64,000 bases of DNA from an uncultured Fibrobacterota bacterium (GCA_963753345.1 CAVWBU010000021.1:96001-160000), one strand, 5' to 3'. Shown: positions 29,582 through 39,433, counted from the first letter of the stretch. Notes: generated from the letters alone by a model not told the origin. Program-made: numbers and translations.

Positions 29582-30922
29582 CTATATTACTTCATCCCCT
29601 TTTTTTATCACCCATAATCCGCCCACCTTCTCATGGAACTTGTCAAGCGGCAGCTTGGTCTTGAGCACGCAGTTGAAGAAGTTGTACTTTGCAAGGTCGA
29701 AATCGATGATGTCCTTTTTGAGGTCGCTAAAGAGCTGCGTGCCAGGCATGGGCGTGAGGATGGTGTACCCCGCATAGGTGACCCGTTGCAAGGACGCGTA
29801 GTCGGCAAGCGCGTCGAAATCTTCGTCGGTGTAATCGGGTGGCACAACGTAGTTGCCCCGCACCGATATGCCGTTGTCGTGAAACACCGAAATCGCCTGT
29901 TTGATGAGCGTGGCGTCGAGCCGCTTGTTGTATAAAGCAAGCTCGCTCTGGCGGAACGATTCGAAGCCGCAGATCACCACCTTGAGCCCAGCCCTGGCCA
30001 TCTGTGCTATCAATTTCGGATTCTTTGCCGCCGTGTCCGCCCGAATGTCCATCACGAATTCCTTGTCGAGCCGTTCCTCTTCGATGCGCGAGAAGAGCCG
30101 CGCCGAATACTCCTCCTCGATCACCGAATTCGCGTCTGCAAAGCGCACGATGCCGTACTCGGAAAGCGTACGCAATTCGGCGACAACGCTTTCGATGTCG
30201 CGCAGGTAGTATTTGCCGTCCCACTGCGGCCATATTGAGCAGAACGAGCATTTGAACGGGCACCCGAGCGACGTGTTGACGTAGGTGATGTTCTTGTCGT
30301 TGTGCGGCAGGCGGTAGGCAGTGATCCACCTGCGGATAAAGGATCGGTCGGGCAAAATGTATCCGTCTTTGCCGTAATCCTTTGCAAGCGGCGCGGGCGC
30401 GGAGCACGTAAACCCGTCCGGTGAGTTTGTAAAAATTCCGGCCACGTTCCGGTAGTCGCCGCCCGCAGCCTTTGCGCTCACGATCTCGCGGAACGCGTGC
30501 GCGGCCTGGCCCACGGCAACGATGTCGGCCGCGGTCCCTTTAAAATCTTCGGGACACAGCGAGGCATGGAGGCCGCCCGCAACCGTAAGGACGCCAGCCT
30601 TCCATTGCTTTACCGACGCGAGTATCCGCGTACAGGCGGGGAATTCCGACGCGATGCAGGTGATGCCCACGATGTCGGGCCGCAGGTCTTCGCAGTACTT
30701 TCTGACAAGCTCCTCGGGCGACGGCGCCTGGGGGTTCAGGTCGTATTCGGCCTTCATGTCGAGCACGGTAACGTTATGGCCGCGCACCGCAGATGCCACG
30801 GTGAGCAGCCCCAGCGGCGGGCCCACGAGTTTCTTGTGAACGAACGGTTTCGCCGCTTCGGGCGCGTGCGCAAGGATCGCGTTTTCGGGGGAGCGGGGCG
30901 GATTGACAAGAAGGATGTTCAT
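29582..30922 (-). CDS. B12-binding domain radical SAM protein
   Basis: MNILLVNPP, PPLGLL.VAS, AGGLHAS, TSLGCPFKCSFC, CGFES and LTPMPGT motifs. Confidence 0.9.
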   Translation of the reverse strand: MNILLVNPPRSPENAILAHAPEAAKPFVHKKLVGPPLGLLTVASAVRGHNVTVLDMKAEYDLNPQAPSPEELVRKYCEDLRPDIVGITCIASEFPACTRILASVKQWKAGVLTVAGGLHASLCPEDFKGTAADIVAVGQAAHAFREIVSAKAAGGDYRNVAGIFTNSPDGFTCSAPAPLAKDYGKDGYILPDRSFIRRWITAYRLPHNDKNITYVNTSLGCPFKCSFCSIWPQWDGKYYLRDIESVVAELRTLSEYGIVRFADANSVIEEEYSARLFSRIEEERLDKEFVMDIRADTAAKNPKLIAQMARAGLKVVICGFESFRQSELALYNKRLDATLIKQAISVFHDNGISVRGNYVVPPDYTDEDFDALADYASLQRVTYAGYTILTPMPGTQLFSDLKKDIIDFDLAKYNFFNCVLKTKLPLDKFHEKVGGLWVIKKGDEVI

Positions 30923-31326
30923 GCCGCGCCCAGGAGGTAGACCACGGCCGTGACATGGCCTTGCACGGGCCTCAGGATTTTTGCGACAGGCACGGCGCCC
31001 CGCAGGTCCAGGGCCAGGCGGCGCGAGACGGCAAGCGAGCCTGACGCCCGGCCGCGGCCGGGAAGGAATTCGCAGTCGGTGAAGTTATACGGCCGGCCAA
31101 TCGCCTTGTACAATGCTTCTTTGACGCAGAACGCGGCGCAGAGCCCTGCCGCCGGGTCGGAAAGCCGCCTGCAGCGGCTGCGTTCCTTTCTTGTAAACAC
31201 GAACGGCATAAAGGCCGAGCCGTCCCTGCTCCATCGCCGGAACCGGCCGACGCGCTCCGCATCGATGCCGCAGGAAACAAGGCGGCAGCAGGAGCTAAAC
31301 GTCCACGTTGACGATGTCGTCGCCAT
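30919..31326 (-). CDS. AcpS-type 4'-phosphopantetheinyl transferase (start uncertain)
   Basis: GIDAERVGRF...VFTRKE...AAFCVKEALYKA. Confidence 0.75.
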   Translation of the reverse strand: MATTSSTWTFSSCCRLVSCGIDAERVGRFRRWSRDGSAFMPFVFTRKERSRCRRLSDPAAGLCAAFCVKEALYKAIGRPYNFTDCEFLPGRGRASGSLAVSRRLALDLRGAVPVAKILRPVQGHVTAVVYLLGAA

Positions 31327-31603
31327 ATCGCACGATTTTGAGGGTGAGGTCCACCACCTGGCCGATGGTGCTCGCGGGCTTTTTCATGAGGTGTTTGCCG
31401 AGGGTCTTGAGCTCTATCTTGAGGCCGTACTTCTTGCGCACGATTTCCAGCAGGGATAAAAGCATGAGCGAATCGCCCTCCAGCTCCTCGATGATGTTGG
31501 TGGCGTCGGTGAGCTTCGACGAATCGATGTCGCATTCATCGGCGAAAAAGCCGTACACGAGCGTGCGGATGTCGGATTCCTGCTGTGCGGTCAGGTCGGG
31601 CAT
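31295..31603 (-). CDS. Acyl carrier protein
   Basis: EELEGDSLMLLSLL phosphopantetheine-site motif; acidic 102-aa protein. Confidence 0.85.
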   Translation of the reverse strand: MPDLTAQQESDIRTLVYGFFADECDIDSSKLTDATNIIEELEGDSLMLLSLLEIVRKKYGLKIELKTLGKHLMKKPASTIGQVVDLTLKIVRYGDDIVNVDV

Positions 31604-31707
31604 GTATAAAGGGCTCCTGGTCTTGATGGGTTAGGTAAAATACTATGTAGTAATATGAGATAAGTCGTGATTATTGGTGGGGGAGGTGGAGCCAATAAAA
31701 AAAGAGA

Positions 31708-32172
31708 TGGGCGTTCCCCTCCCCCTCGACAAGCTCGGGGTCGGGTCGGCCCTCCCTCCGGTCTCGGCCTTCGGCCTCGGGCCGCCTCGGCCCTATGGCC
31801 CACAGGGCCGGGTCCGGGCGGCACCGCGCTCCAGCGCGGCCTCCAGTCCTGCCTAACGCGCGGCAACGATGTTCTTATCAGTCAATTACCTATTCTCGCG
31901 CCAATCGGCATCTGCAACAAATTAGTAAGGGCTTCATCTTTGCATTTTCTACTCTTCAACGTTTCAACTATTCAACTTTTCAACGCTCTTTCTTCTCAAC
32001 TCCTCAACCTCTCAACTACTTCCTCGTGGGTGCCGCCACAACAATGGATGGTCTTGCAACTACTTTTTCAAGGCGGCTACCCAGGAGGGGGTAGCGGAGG
32101 ACCGGCGCGTTTCAACGCGAGTAAGGCATACGATGAGCGCGCCGGGCCGGAGCGAGGGGGATACTTCCCCCG
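31708..32172 (-). repeat. Bipartite structured intergenic repeat, copy F
   Basis: Complete motif set with a long central TTCAAC octamer array. Confidence 0.92.
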
Positions 32173-32245
32173 CCCAGACCATGTTTTTATCCTTGCACTG
32201 CCTCCTCTGGATTTCATACCTCCGCCTCGTGTATTTTAAGCCTTC

Positions 32246-32659
32246 ATGAAATCACCCCTGCACGAGTTCTCCATGCCCGTCACCGTCGAGTTCGAGGACG
32301 TCGATTCGTATAAAATTGCGCATCACGCCAGGCTTGTCTCGTACCTGGAGCGCGCGCGGGTGCGGTACTTTACGACCCTGGGGTTCGATCTTTCCGCCGA
32401 AGACATGACCGTGGTGCTGTACCACCTGGAAATGAATTTCAAGAAGCCCGCGTTCTTCCAGGACAGCCTGACGGTCTCGGTTTCCCTCAAATCGTTTGAC
32501 AACTACCGCATGGTGTTGTATTATAAAATCCGCAGGGACAAGGACCTTATCGCGCGGGCTTCCACGGGCCTCTGCTTTGTGGACCCGAAAAACAAGATCA
32601 TGATTCCCGCGCCGGACAAGTACGTTGAGAAAATCAACGCGCTCCTGTCAACTCATTAA
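32246..32659 (+). CDS. Acyl-CoA thioesterase (hot-dog fold, 4HBT/YbgC-like)
   Basis: VEFEDVDSYKIAHHARLVSYLERAR; FKKPAFFQD. Confidence 0.85.
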   Translation: MKSPLHEFSMPVTVEFEDVDSYKIAHHARLVSYLERARVRYFTTLGFDLSAEDMTVVLYHLEMNFKKPAFFQDSLTVSVSLKSFDNYRMVLYYKIRRDKDLIARASTGLCFVDPKNKIMIPAPDKYVEKINALLSTH

Positions 32660-32679
32660 CATTCAGGATTTTCCGCGTC

Positions 32680-33888
32680 ATGGCTGATTCGATCGTCATT
32701 ACCGGCCTTGGTCTTGTTACCGGACTGGGCCTTAATTGTTCCTCGTGCTGGAAGGCGCTCGTTAGCGGCAGCAATCCCGTGAAGCGCTTCTCCCTGTTCG
32801 ATACCAAGGGTCTCACCAGCGATTTCGGTGTTGAGCTGCCACCGGAGGCGGAAGGGCTTTTCTCTTCCATAAAGCCGCGGAGCCGGTCGCAGATGACCCG
32901 CGCCACCATGATCTCGGTGGTCACGGCCGAAATGGCAATTGCCGACGCAGGCCTTGCGCAAAGCGGAATTGACGCTGCGCGCATCGGGGTTATTACCGGC
33001 GCGACAGGCACCGGATATTTCTGGGACAAACCCGGCAAGGACGAGCACCGGATCCTGAGGAACATGGCCAACGCGTCGTCGTCGTGGATAAGTTTGCGCA
33101 ACAAGTACCGCGGCCCGTCGTACACCGTGAGCACCGCCTGCTCCTCCGGCGCGTACGCGTTGGCCGGCGCCATGGACCTGATCTTGACCGGCCAATGCGA
33201 TGCCGTTGTCGTGGGCTCCGCGGATTCGTCGATCAACTACGCGGACGTCGAGGGATTCCAGAGCATCATGGCCCTCTCCGAGGAAAAGGACGACATGCAG
33301 CACGCGAGCCGGCCGTTCGACGCGAAGCGCAGCGGCTTCGTGATGGGCGAGGGCGGGGGCATGCTTGTTGTCGAATCGGAAGACCATGCCAAGAAACGCG
33401 GCGCGAAACTATACGGTCGCATGTTCCGTCCCGGTCTGTCGAGCGAGGCATACAACATGCTTTCACCGCAGCCCGGCGGAACCGGCATGGCCCTCGCCAT
33501 GCAACGCGCGCTCGACAACGCGCAGCTTTCACCCGCCGACATCGACTACATCAATGCGCACGGCACGTCGACCGGGTACAACGACGTGTACGAGACCCAG
33601 GCGATCAAGACGGTCTTCGGGACCGCGGCTGCATCGATTCCTGTGTCGTCAACAAAGCCGCAGACCGGTCACTGCCTCGCGGGCGCCGCGGGCGTGGAGG
33701 CCGTGATTGCCGTTCTGTCGCTGTGCGAAAACATCGTGCCCGCGACACTCAACCTGCGAAACCCCGATCCGCAATGCGACCTGGACTACGTCCCCAACCG
33801 GTGCCGCGCAAAGCAGCTTGACGCCGTGATGTCGAATTCATTCGCGTTCGGCGGCCACAACGGCGTGTGCGTGTTCGCCAGGCTATGA
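32680..33888 (+). CDS. FabF-like beta-ketoacyl-ACP synthase
   Basis: STACSSG, SRPFD, GFVMGEG, INAHGTST, TGHCLAGAA and SNSFAFGGHN motifs. Confidence 0.92.
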   Translation: MADSIVITGLGLVTGLGLNCSSCWKALVSGSNPVKRFSLFDTKGLTSDFGVELPPEAEGLFSSIKPRSRSQMTRATMISVVTAEMAIADAGLAQSGIDAARIGVITGATGTGYFWDKPGKDEHRILRNMANASSSWISLRNKYRGPSYTVSTACSSGAYALAGAMDLILTGQCDAVVVGSADSSINYADVEGFQSIMALSEEKDDMQHASRPFDAKRSGFVMGEGGGMLVVESEDHAKKRGAKLYGRMFRPGLSSEAYNMLSPQPGGTGMALAMQRALDNAQLSPADIDYINAHGTSTGYNDVYETQAIKTVFGTAAASIPVSSTKPQTGHCLAGAAGVEAVIAVLSLCENIVPATLNLRNPDPQCDLDYVPNRCRAKQLDAVMSNSFAFGGHNGVCVFARL

Positions 33889-34997
33889 GCCGCCCCGTTT
33901 ATCTCGCGGGCACCGGCGCATTTCTCCCGGGCGACCCCATTCCCTTCGACAGGATCGACGCAATGCTCGGGCCGCTTGACGCCGCCCCCGCGGGGGTTAA
34001 GAAGTGGTATGCGTCGCGAACGCCGGTGATGCGCGAGATCCTCGACGTTTCGTATGTGCATTACGCAATAGACCCTGTCACGCGCGAGTTTACCGAAGAC
34101 AACGTCACCATGGCGGTGAAGGCCGCGAGAAAAGCGCTTGACGCAGCGGGAATGGCGCCTGCGGACATCGACCTCATCTGCTACGGCAGCGCGCACCAGG
34201 ACCAGATGCCCACCGCGTCGGTGCGCATCCAGGAGGCGCTGGGCATTGACAGGTGCGACGAGCTGTCGATCCACGCCAACTGCACGTCGGCCTACAAGGC
34301 GCTGTACCTTGCGCACCAGCTTGTCGCGGGCGGAAAAAATAAAAACGCGCTCGTGCTGTCGTCGAATATCTCGTCGTCGGAATTGCGCGCCGAATACTAC
34401 AACCAGCCGCTTGTCGACAAGGAATCGCTGTTTCTGCGCTGGTTCCTCTGCGACGGCAGCGGCGCGGCCGTTGTCACCGCCGACCGTGCACGGTCGGCCG
34501 GATACGAGCTGGAATTCACCTTTATCGAATCGGTGGGCGGCAAACGACCGTCGCTCATGTACAACGAGCGTCCCGCACTGTGGCTCCCGCCCGACCGCGA
34601 GTTTGCCGAGGGCCGCCATCATCTGCGCCAGAAGTTCCGCAACGCGCTGTCGACTCCGGTGTTCCAGGAGAAGGACGGCTCGGTATTTTTCAACGGCCTC
34701 AAGCGGATGCTCGCGCGCGGAAACGTGCCCGTTGACAAAATAAAGTTGTTTCAGGTTAACATGCCCACGCGGCACATTATAGAATCCATCATGGACGAAT
34801 GCGTGAGCATCGGCATTAAACGCGAGGCGCTGTATTCGAGGCTCCGCGACCTCGGGTATTGCGGCCCGCCCATGGTGTTTATCTGTCTTGATGAAATAAT
34901 AAAGAACGAGCACATTGACAAAGGGGATAGAATCGTAAGTTTTGTGACAGAGGTCAGCAAGTTTATGCAGGCAGGATATTCAATAGTAAAAAATTAG
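33885..34997 (+). CDS. KS III/StlD-DarB-like thiolase-fold enzyme
   Basis: VYLAGTGAFLPG, HANCTS and FLRWFLCDGSGA (DarB-like FLRWxLxDGxGA). Confidence 0.75.
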   Translation: MSRPVYLAGTGAFLPGDPIPFDRIDAMLGPLDAAPAGVKKWYASRTPVMREILDVSYVHYAIDPVTREFTEDNVTMAVKAARKALDAAGMAPADIDLICYGSAHQDQMPTASVRIQEALGIDRCDELSIHANCTSAYKALYLAHQLVAGGKNKNALVLSSNISSSELRAEYYNQPLVDKESLFLRWFLCDGSGAAVVTADRARSAGYELEFTFIESVGGKRPSLMYNERPALWLPPDREFAEGRHHLRQKFRNALSTPVFQEKDGSVFFNGLKRMLARGNVPVDKIKLFQVNMPTRHIIESIMDECVSIGIKREALYSRLRDLGYCGPPMVFICLDEIIKNEHIDKGDRIVSFVTEVSKFMQAGYSIVKN

Positions 34998-35017
34998 TTC
35001 TTAGAAAATATTTTGGT

Positions 35018-35648
35018 GGGGGAAGTATCCCCCTGGGGTGCCATGTCGAGACTCAAGGTCATGATTTAAATCTGATGTCTCGACATTGGCACCCACACCC
35101 CCTCCTGGGTGCACCCCAAGAGAGGGTAGCTGCAAGAATCAAGCACCTGTGTGGGGGCACCCGCGTAGTGCGGTTGTTGACGGAAGAGGAATTGGCTTGT
35201 TTGAATAGCACAGCCCGCGCATTCCCCGCGACTTGGCGCGGGGAATGCGGGCGAATATTTATTATTCTATTTCCTTAGCTATGGAAGATCCCCGCCACTT
35301 GGGGCGGGGTTCTTCAATCCACCACAACGTGGTGGAATATCCCAGCCCGGGGCAACGCCCCGGGAATACAAGGAGAACAAAGCACATTTCCCCTCTCCAC
35401 TTGTGGAGAGGGGTGGCCGCGACAGCGGACGGGGTGAGGCGACCGTTTGGCGCCAAAAGGTAATTGACTTAAAAGAATCCTTCCGCCGCGCGTTAGGTGG
35501 ACCGGAGGGTGAGCTGGAGCGAATTGCCGGCCGACCCGGCCGTCAGGCATAGGGCGGTCCGGCAACGAGGCGAACAGCCGAGCCCGCAGGGAGACCGACC
35601 CCATGGAGAGCCGCACGGCAGTGCGGCTCTCCATGGGGGAACGCCCAA
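35018..35648 (+). repeat. Bipartite structured intergenic repeat, copy G, with an expanded central region of stacked hairpins
   Basis: Arm 35018-35165, insert about 35200-35440, arm 35445-35648 ending GGGAACGCCCAA. Confidence 0.88.
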
Positions 35649-35663
35649 GGTATTTGTATTATT

Positions 35664-36590
35664 ATGATTGAAAATCAAAAATCAGCATTTGTATTTCCCG
35701 GCGCCGCAGTCGAACCCTGCGGCGCGGAAGCGGCGTTCTACGCGAAACACCGGGAGGTGATGCGGCCGTTTCTTGTCAAGGCGTCCGGTGCGGCGGGGAT
35801 CGACCTTGAGCAAACCCTGGACAAGGGCCTGCTTTCAGAACTTGACGAACGCAACAGCCAGCTTTTTACCTTTGCGTACTCGCACGCCGTGGCCCAGGCG
35901 CACCGGCGTGCGGGCGTGTCGCCCGCGGCGGTCGCGGGGTACAGCCTCGGGATCTACGCTGCGATAACCGTTTCCGGCGCCCTGGCATTCGACCAAGGCC
36001 TGTCCGTTGTCGGCGCCGTGTTCGACATCATGAAGGAGCAATGCGCCGGCGGCGCCTACGCCATGGGCGCCGTGGTGGGGCTCTTGCAATCGGACACGGA
36101 TCGAATCGTCGCATCCGGAAAGTTCCCGTCGATATGCCGCACCAACACCAACAACGAGACATGCGGCGTGTTTTCCGGCACAAAAGCGGACATCGAGGCG
36201 TTTTTTGCCGAGGCACGCACCGAAGGCGCGCTCTCCACGGTCACCTTCAGGGTGAGCATCCCATACCATCATCCAAAATTCATCGGCGGCGCATCGGCCA
36301 GGTTTGTCCGCGTCCTGGAGGATTTTTCGTTTTGCGACGCGGCCGTGCCGGTGATCTCCTCCATCGACCAGAAGCCGCTTGTCAAGGCCGGCGACCTTGT
36401 GGAGTTCGTCGTGAAGAACTTTTCCTCGCCCGTGCACTGGCAGAAGGTGACAGAGACCATTGCCGCCATGAGAGTCACCACGGTGTACGAGTGCGGGCCG
36501 GGCATCTCCCTGCGCCAGAACGGAAGGTTCATTCCCAACCGTCTGCGCTATATCACGGTCAAGAGAGCAACCAGGAGCAACGCTGTTTGA
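35664..36590 (+). CDS. FabD-like ACP acyltransferase
   Basis: AFVFPG, GYSLG, IPYHH, SPVHW and ECGPG motifs. Confidence 0.85.
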   Translation: MIENQKSAFVFPGAAVEPCGAEAAFYAKHREVMRPFLVKASGAAGIDLEQTLDKGLLSELDERNSQLFTFAYSHAVAQAHRRAGVSPAAVAGYSLGIYAAITVSGALAFDQGLSVVGAVFDIMKEQCAGGAYAMGAVVGLLQSDTDRIVASGKFPSICRTNTNNETCGVFSGTKADIEAFFAEARTEGALSTVTFRVSIPYHHPKFIGGASARFVRVLEDFSFCDAAVPVISSIDQKPLVKAGDLVEFVVKNFSSPVHWQKVTETIAAMRVTTVYECGPGISLRQNGRFIPNRLRYITVKRATRSNAV

Positions 36591-37619
36591 GCACAACCAT
36601 CTGCATTGCCGGAAGCGGGAAGATCGCCCGCGACGCGGGGATGTTTTTCCTCAAAAAGGGACATGCCGTGTGCTGGGTGTCGGCCGGCGAGAATCGGCTC
36701 ATCGAGCTTCAGACGTGGATCAGCAAGCACGTTCAAAGTTTGATGAAATATTCCGGCGGCGCCGTGCGGGAGATGAGCGCTTCCTTCGCACTGTACGACG
36801 AACTGAAAAACGAATCATTCGACGTGGTATTCGAATGCACCAGGGAATCGCTTGATGTCAAGCATAACGTGTTTAACCGTCTCGCTGGACATTCAAGCAA
36901 GGATTGCCTTCTGTTCTCGTCTTCGTCGTCAATCCTTCCCTCTGCGATCAAACAGGGATGCCTTGGCCTTCATGTGTTTTACCCGCTTGAACTCACCGGG
37001 CTTGCCGAACTGGTCATCCCGCCTGACCTTCCAGGGTCGAAACGCGACTCGGCGATTGCTTTCTGTAAAGAAAACGGCATTACCTGCATCGTACAAGAAT
37101 GAGGCGAACGCTTTTGCAGTGAACCGCCTTCTCCTGCCGCTTCAGAACGAAGTCTTCGCCGCGATTGAACGCGGCATTTCGTATGATGATGCCGACGCGG
37201 CGTCCTCGTCGCCCCTGTGCCGCTTTGGCATGTGCGAATTCGCGCGAAAGGTCGGCTCGGCGGTCGTTGCCGCTTCGGTTGCAAACTACCGGTCGCGCAT
37301 GGCCGCGCCAGCAAGCGCGCAGTTCGAAACGCTGTCGCGCGGGCTGGCGGCCTTCGATGGTTCGATTGGACGATGGAGGTCGGGGAGGAAGCTGGACAGC
37401 CGGGAACGCGAGGAATTGTCGACCAGCCTGTATTATCTATTTATCAACACTTGCCTCTCTGTTTCTTGGACGGCGGCAAATCAGCACAACAGATCTGGAC
37501 TTGGTGCTGGACTCGGTACTGGGAGCAGACGTGACGCTAGAGCAGGCAATCATGCCCGTGAAGGAAGGCCGCGCATCGCGGAGACGCTGAAGAGAGATCC
37601 GCACCAAGGGCGGGTATGA
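36587..37619 (+). CDS. 3-hydroxyacyl-CoA dehydrogenase-like protein, frameshifted (about 37095, possibly again about 37460)
   Basis: TTG start overlaps the fabD-like stop; ICIAGSGKIA Rossmann motif, FECTRESLDVK, SSSSS, GLHVFYP, then FAVNRLL in another frame. Confidence 0.72.
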
Positions 37620-37683
37620 GTATTTCGAGCCTTCTGACGCTCCCTGACATAAGCTCAATTCGACCGCAGCAGGAGAAACTCAC

Positions 37684-38409
37684 ATGAAACTCCTTTACTC
37701 AATAGACAACGCCATCGGGCGCATCGTTCTTTCCAATCCGCCCTTCAATTACCTTCCGGAGCCGGAGTTCGAGCGCCCTGGAGTCCTGCGTGACTTTTTG
37801 TCCAGCCCTGAACTTAAAGCCGTGACGGTGACGGGCGAGGGACGGCATTTCTGCGCCGGTGCGTCCAAAGAGCGCCTTGACGAGATGGCCCGCGATGGTA
37901 CATTGCTTAAACGGAACCTTGACAAGGGCAAGGCCCTGCTCGACATCATCCGGTACGCAACGGTTCCTGTCGCGGCCGCCGTTCGCGGCAGCTGCCTGGG
38001 CGGCGGTCTCGAAATCGCGCTTGCCTGCCATTTCCGGATCGCCGCGGCAACGGCCATGTTCGGGTTTCCCGAATCCGGGAGCGATCTAATGCCCGGGCTG
38101 GGCGGGACCGTGGCTGCCCAGGAGAAAATGAGCAGGGCAGGCGTAATAGACCTTGCCGTGTCGGGCAGAATGATCGGCGCAGACGAAGCGCTGTCCATGG
38201 GAATCATTGACAAAAGCTGCCCGCCCGCCGCAGTGGAGCGCGAGGCGCGGCAGTTTCTGGAGCGGCTCACCGAGGGCCGGTCTTGCCGGCTGATACGGAA
38301 GATCATGGAATCCATCCACAACGCGCGGCGGCTGTCTTGTGCCGATGCCCTGGCGAGGGAGACGGAACTGTTCTGCGAGGCGGCGCGGGAGGCGAATGAC
38401 GAGGAGTAA
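37684..38409 (+). CDS. Enoyl-CoA hydratase/isomerase family protein
   Basis: HFCAGA, GSCLGGGLEIALACHFRIA and FPE...MPGLGGT motifs. Confidence 0.88.
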   Translation: MKLLYSIDNAIGRIVLSNPPFNYLPEPEFERPGVLRDFLSSPELKAVTVTGEGRHFCAGASKERLDEMARDGTLLKRNLDKGKALLDIIRYATVPVAAAVRGSCLGGGLEIALACHFRIAAATAMFGFPESGSDLMPGLGGTVAAQEKMSRAGVIDLAVSGRMIGADEALSMGIIDKSCPPAAVEREARQFLERLTEGRSCRLIRKIMESIHNARRLSCADALARETELFCEAAREANDEE

Positions 38410-38451
38410 AAGAAACAACGCTGGGGGACGGGTTCGGAATGCCAGAGCACC

Positions 38452-38835
38452 ATGAACCTGCACGCGTCCATTCCTTTCTCGAAATCGTGCCATTGGCGCT
38501 ATGTCATGAAATCCAAGACACGGCAGATACGCATGAGCTTTCCCTCCAAAGAGGTGTCTCGGTTGTCCGCGGTTCCCCTCCGCACCGTTACGGGAATGAT
38601 TGCGGCGAAAGAAGCGGTCGCGACCCTTGCCGCAGCCCTCTATGGCGTCCGTATGAGCCTGCGCGATATCAGCCTGACGCATTCGTCAACCGGCCATCCG
38701 CGGCTGTTGCCGCCGTCGCCGCAGGTGCGGTCTCGAATTCCCGCATGGCGATCCATTCGAATCTCGATTTCCCATACCGCAACCCACGCATTCGGACTTG
38801 CAGTGATTTCCACAAAGGAGTCGGTGCATGCCTGA
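38452..38835 (+). CDS. Second AcpS-like phosphopantetheinyl transferase
   Basis: GMIAAKEAV...TGHPRL...IRISISHT...GLAVI. Confidence 0.6.
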   Translation: MNLHASIPFSKSCHWRYVMKSKTRQIRMSFPSKEVSRLSAVPLRTVTGMIAAKEAVATLAAALYGVRMSLRDISLTHSSTGHPRLLPPSPQVRSRIPAWRSIRISISHTATHAFGLAVISTKESVHA

Positions 38836-39433
38836 GAGCCCGATAACGCTGATCCGCAGAGGCCTGATGGCGCATCTCGTGCTTTCCGCCCCGCCGAAAA
38901 ACGAAATGGGCAGCGCGTTTTTCGGCGAGTTGTCGCGCGTCGTACCCGCGCTTGCGCCCCTGCCCGTAAAGGGCATGATCGTTGGCGGCGAGGGCCGCCA
39001 TTTTTCGTCCGGCGCAAACCTGAGCGAACTGCGCGCGATGCTCGGCCGGTCGTCCGGCGGGAAGGGGATGCGCACGCTTGTTGACAACAGCGAAAGCTTT
39101 TCCGCGATCGCCTCGCTGCCGTTTCCCACGGTCGCCGCCATCCGGGGCTGCTGTCTGGGGAGCGGGCTGGAACTGGCGCTGGCCTGCCGCTACCGCATTG
39201 CGGAACATAGCGCCGTGCTCGGCCTGCCCGAGGCGACGTTCGGCATCATGCCCGGGTGCGGCGGCACGGTGCGGCTCACAAGACTGGTGGGGTACGGGAA
39301 GGCGATGGAAATGATATTGACAGGCGCGTCGATGCTCGCTGCCGATGCGCTGGCGATAGGGCTGGTTGATGCGGTGGTGGGCAAAGAGGAAATTGACATA
39401 ACGGCAATGAGGTTCATCGAGCGGCTGGGGTAG
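38828..39433 (+). CDS. Enoyl-CoA hydratase/isomerase family protein
   Basis: HFSSGANL, GCCLGSGLELALAC and LPEATFGIMPGCGGT motifs. Confidence 0.88.
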   Translation: MPESPITLIRRGLMAHLVLSAPPKNEMGSAFFGELSRVVPALAPLPVKGMIVGGEGRHFSSGANLSELRAMLGRSSGGKGMRTLVDNSESFSAIASLPFPTVAAIRGCCLGSGLELALACRYRIAEHSAVLGLPEATFGIMPGCGGTVRLTRLVGYGKAMEMILTGASMLAADALAIGLVDAVVGKEEIDITAMRFIERLG

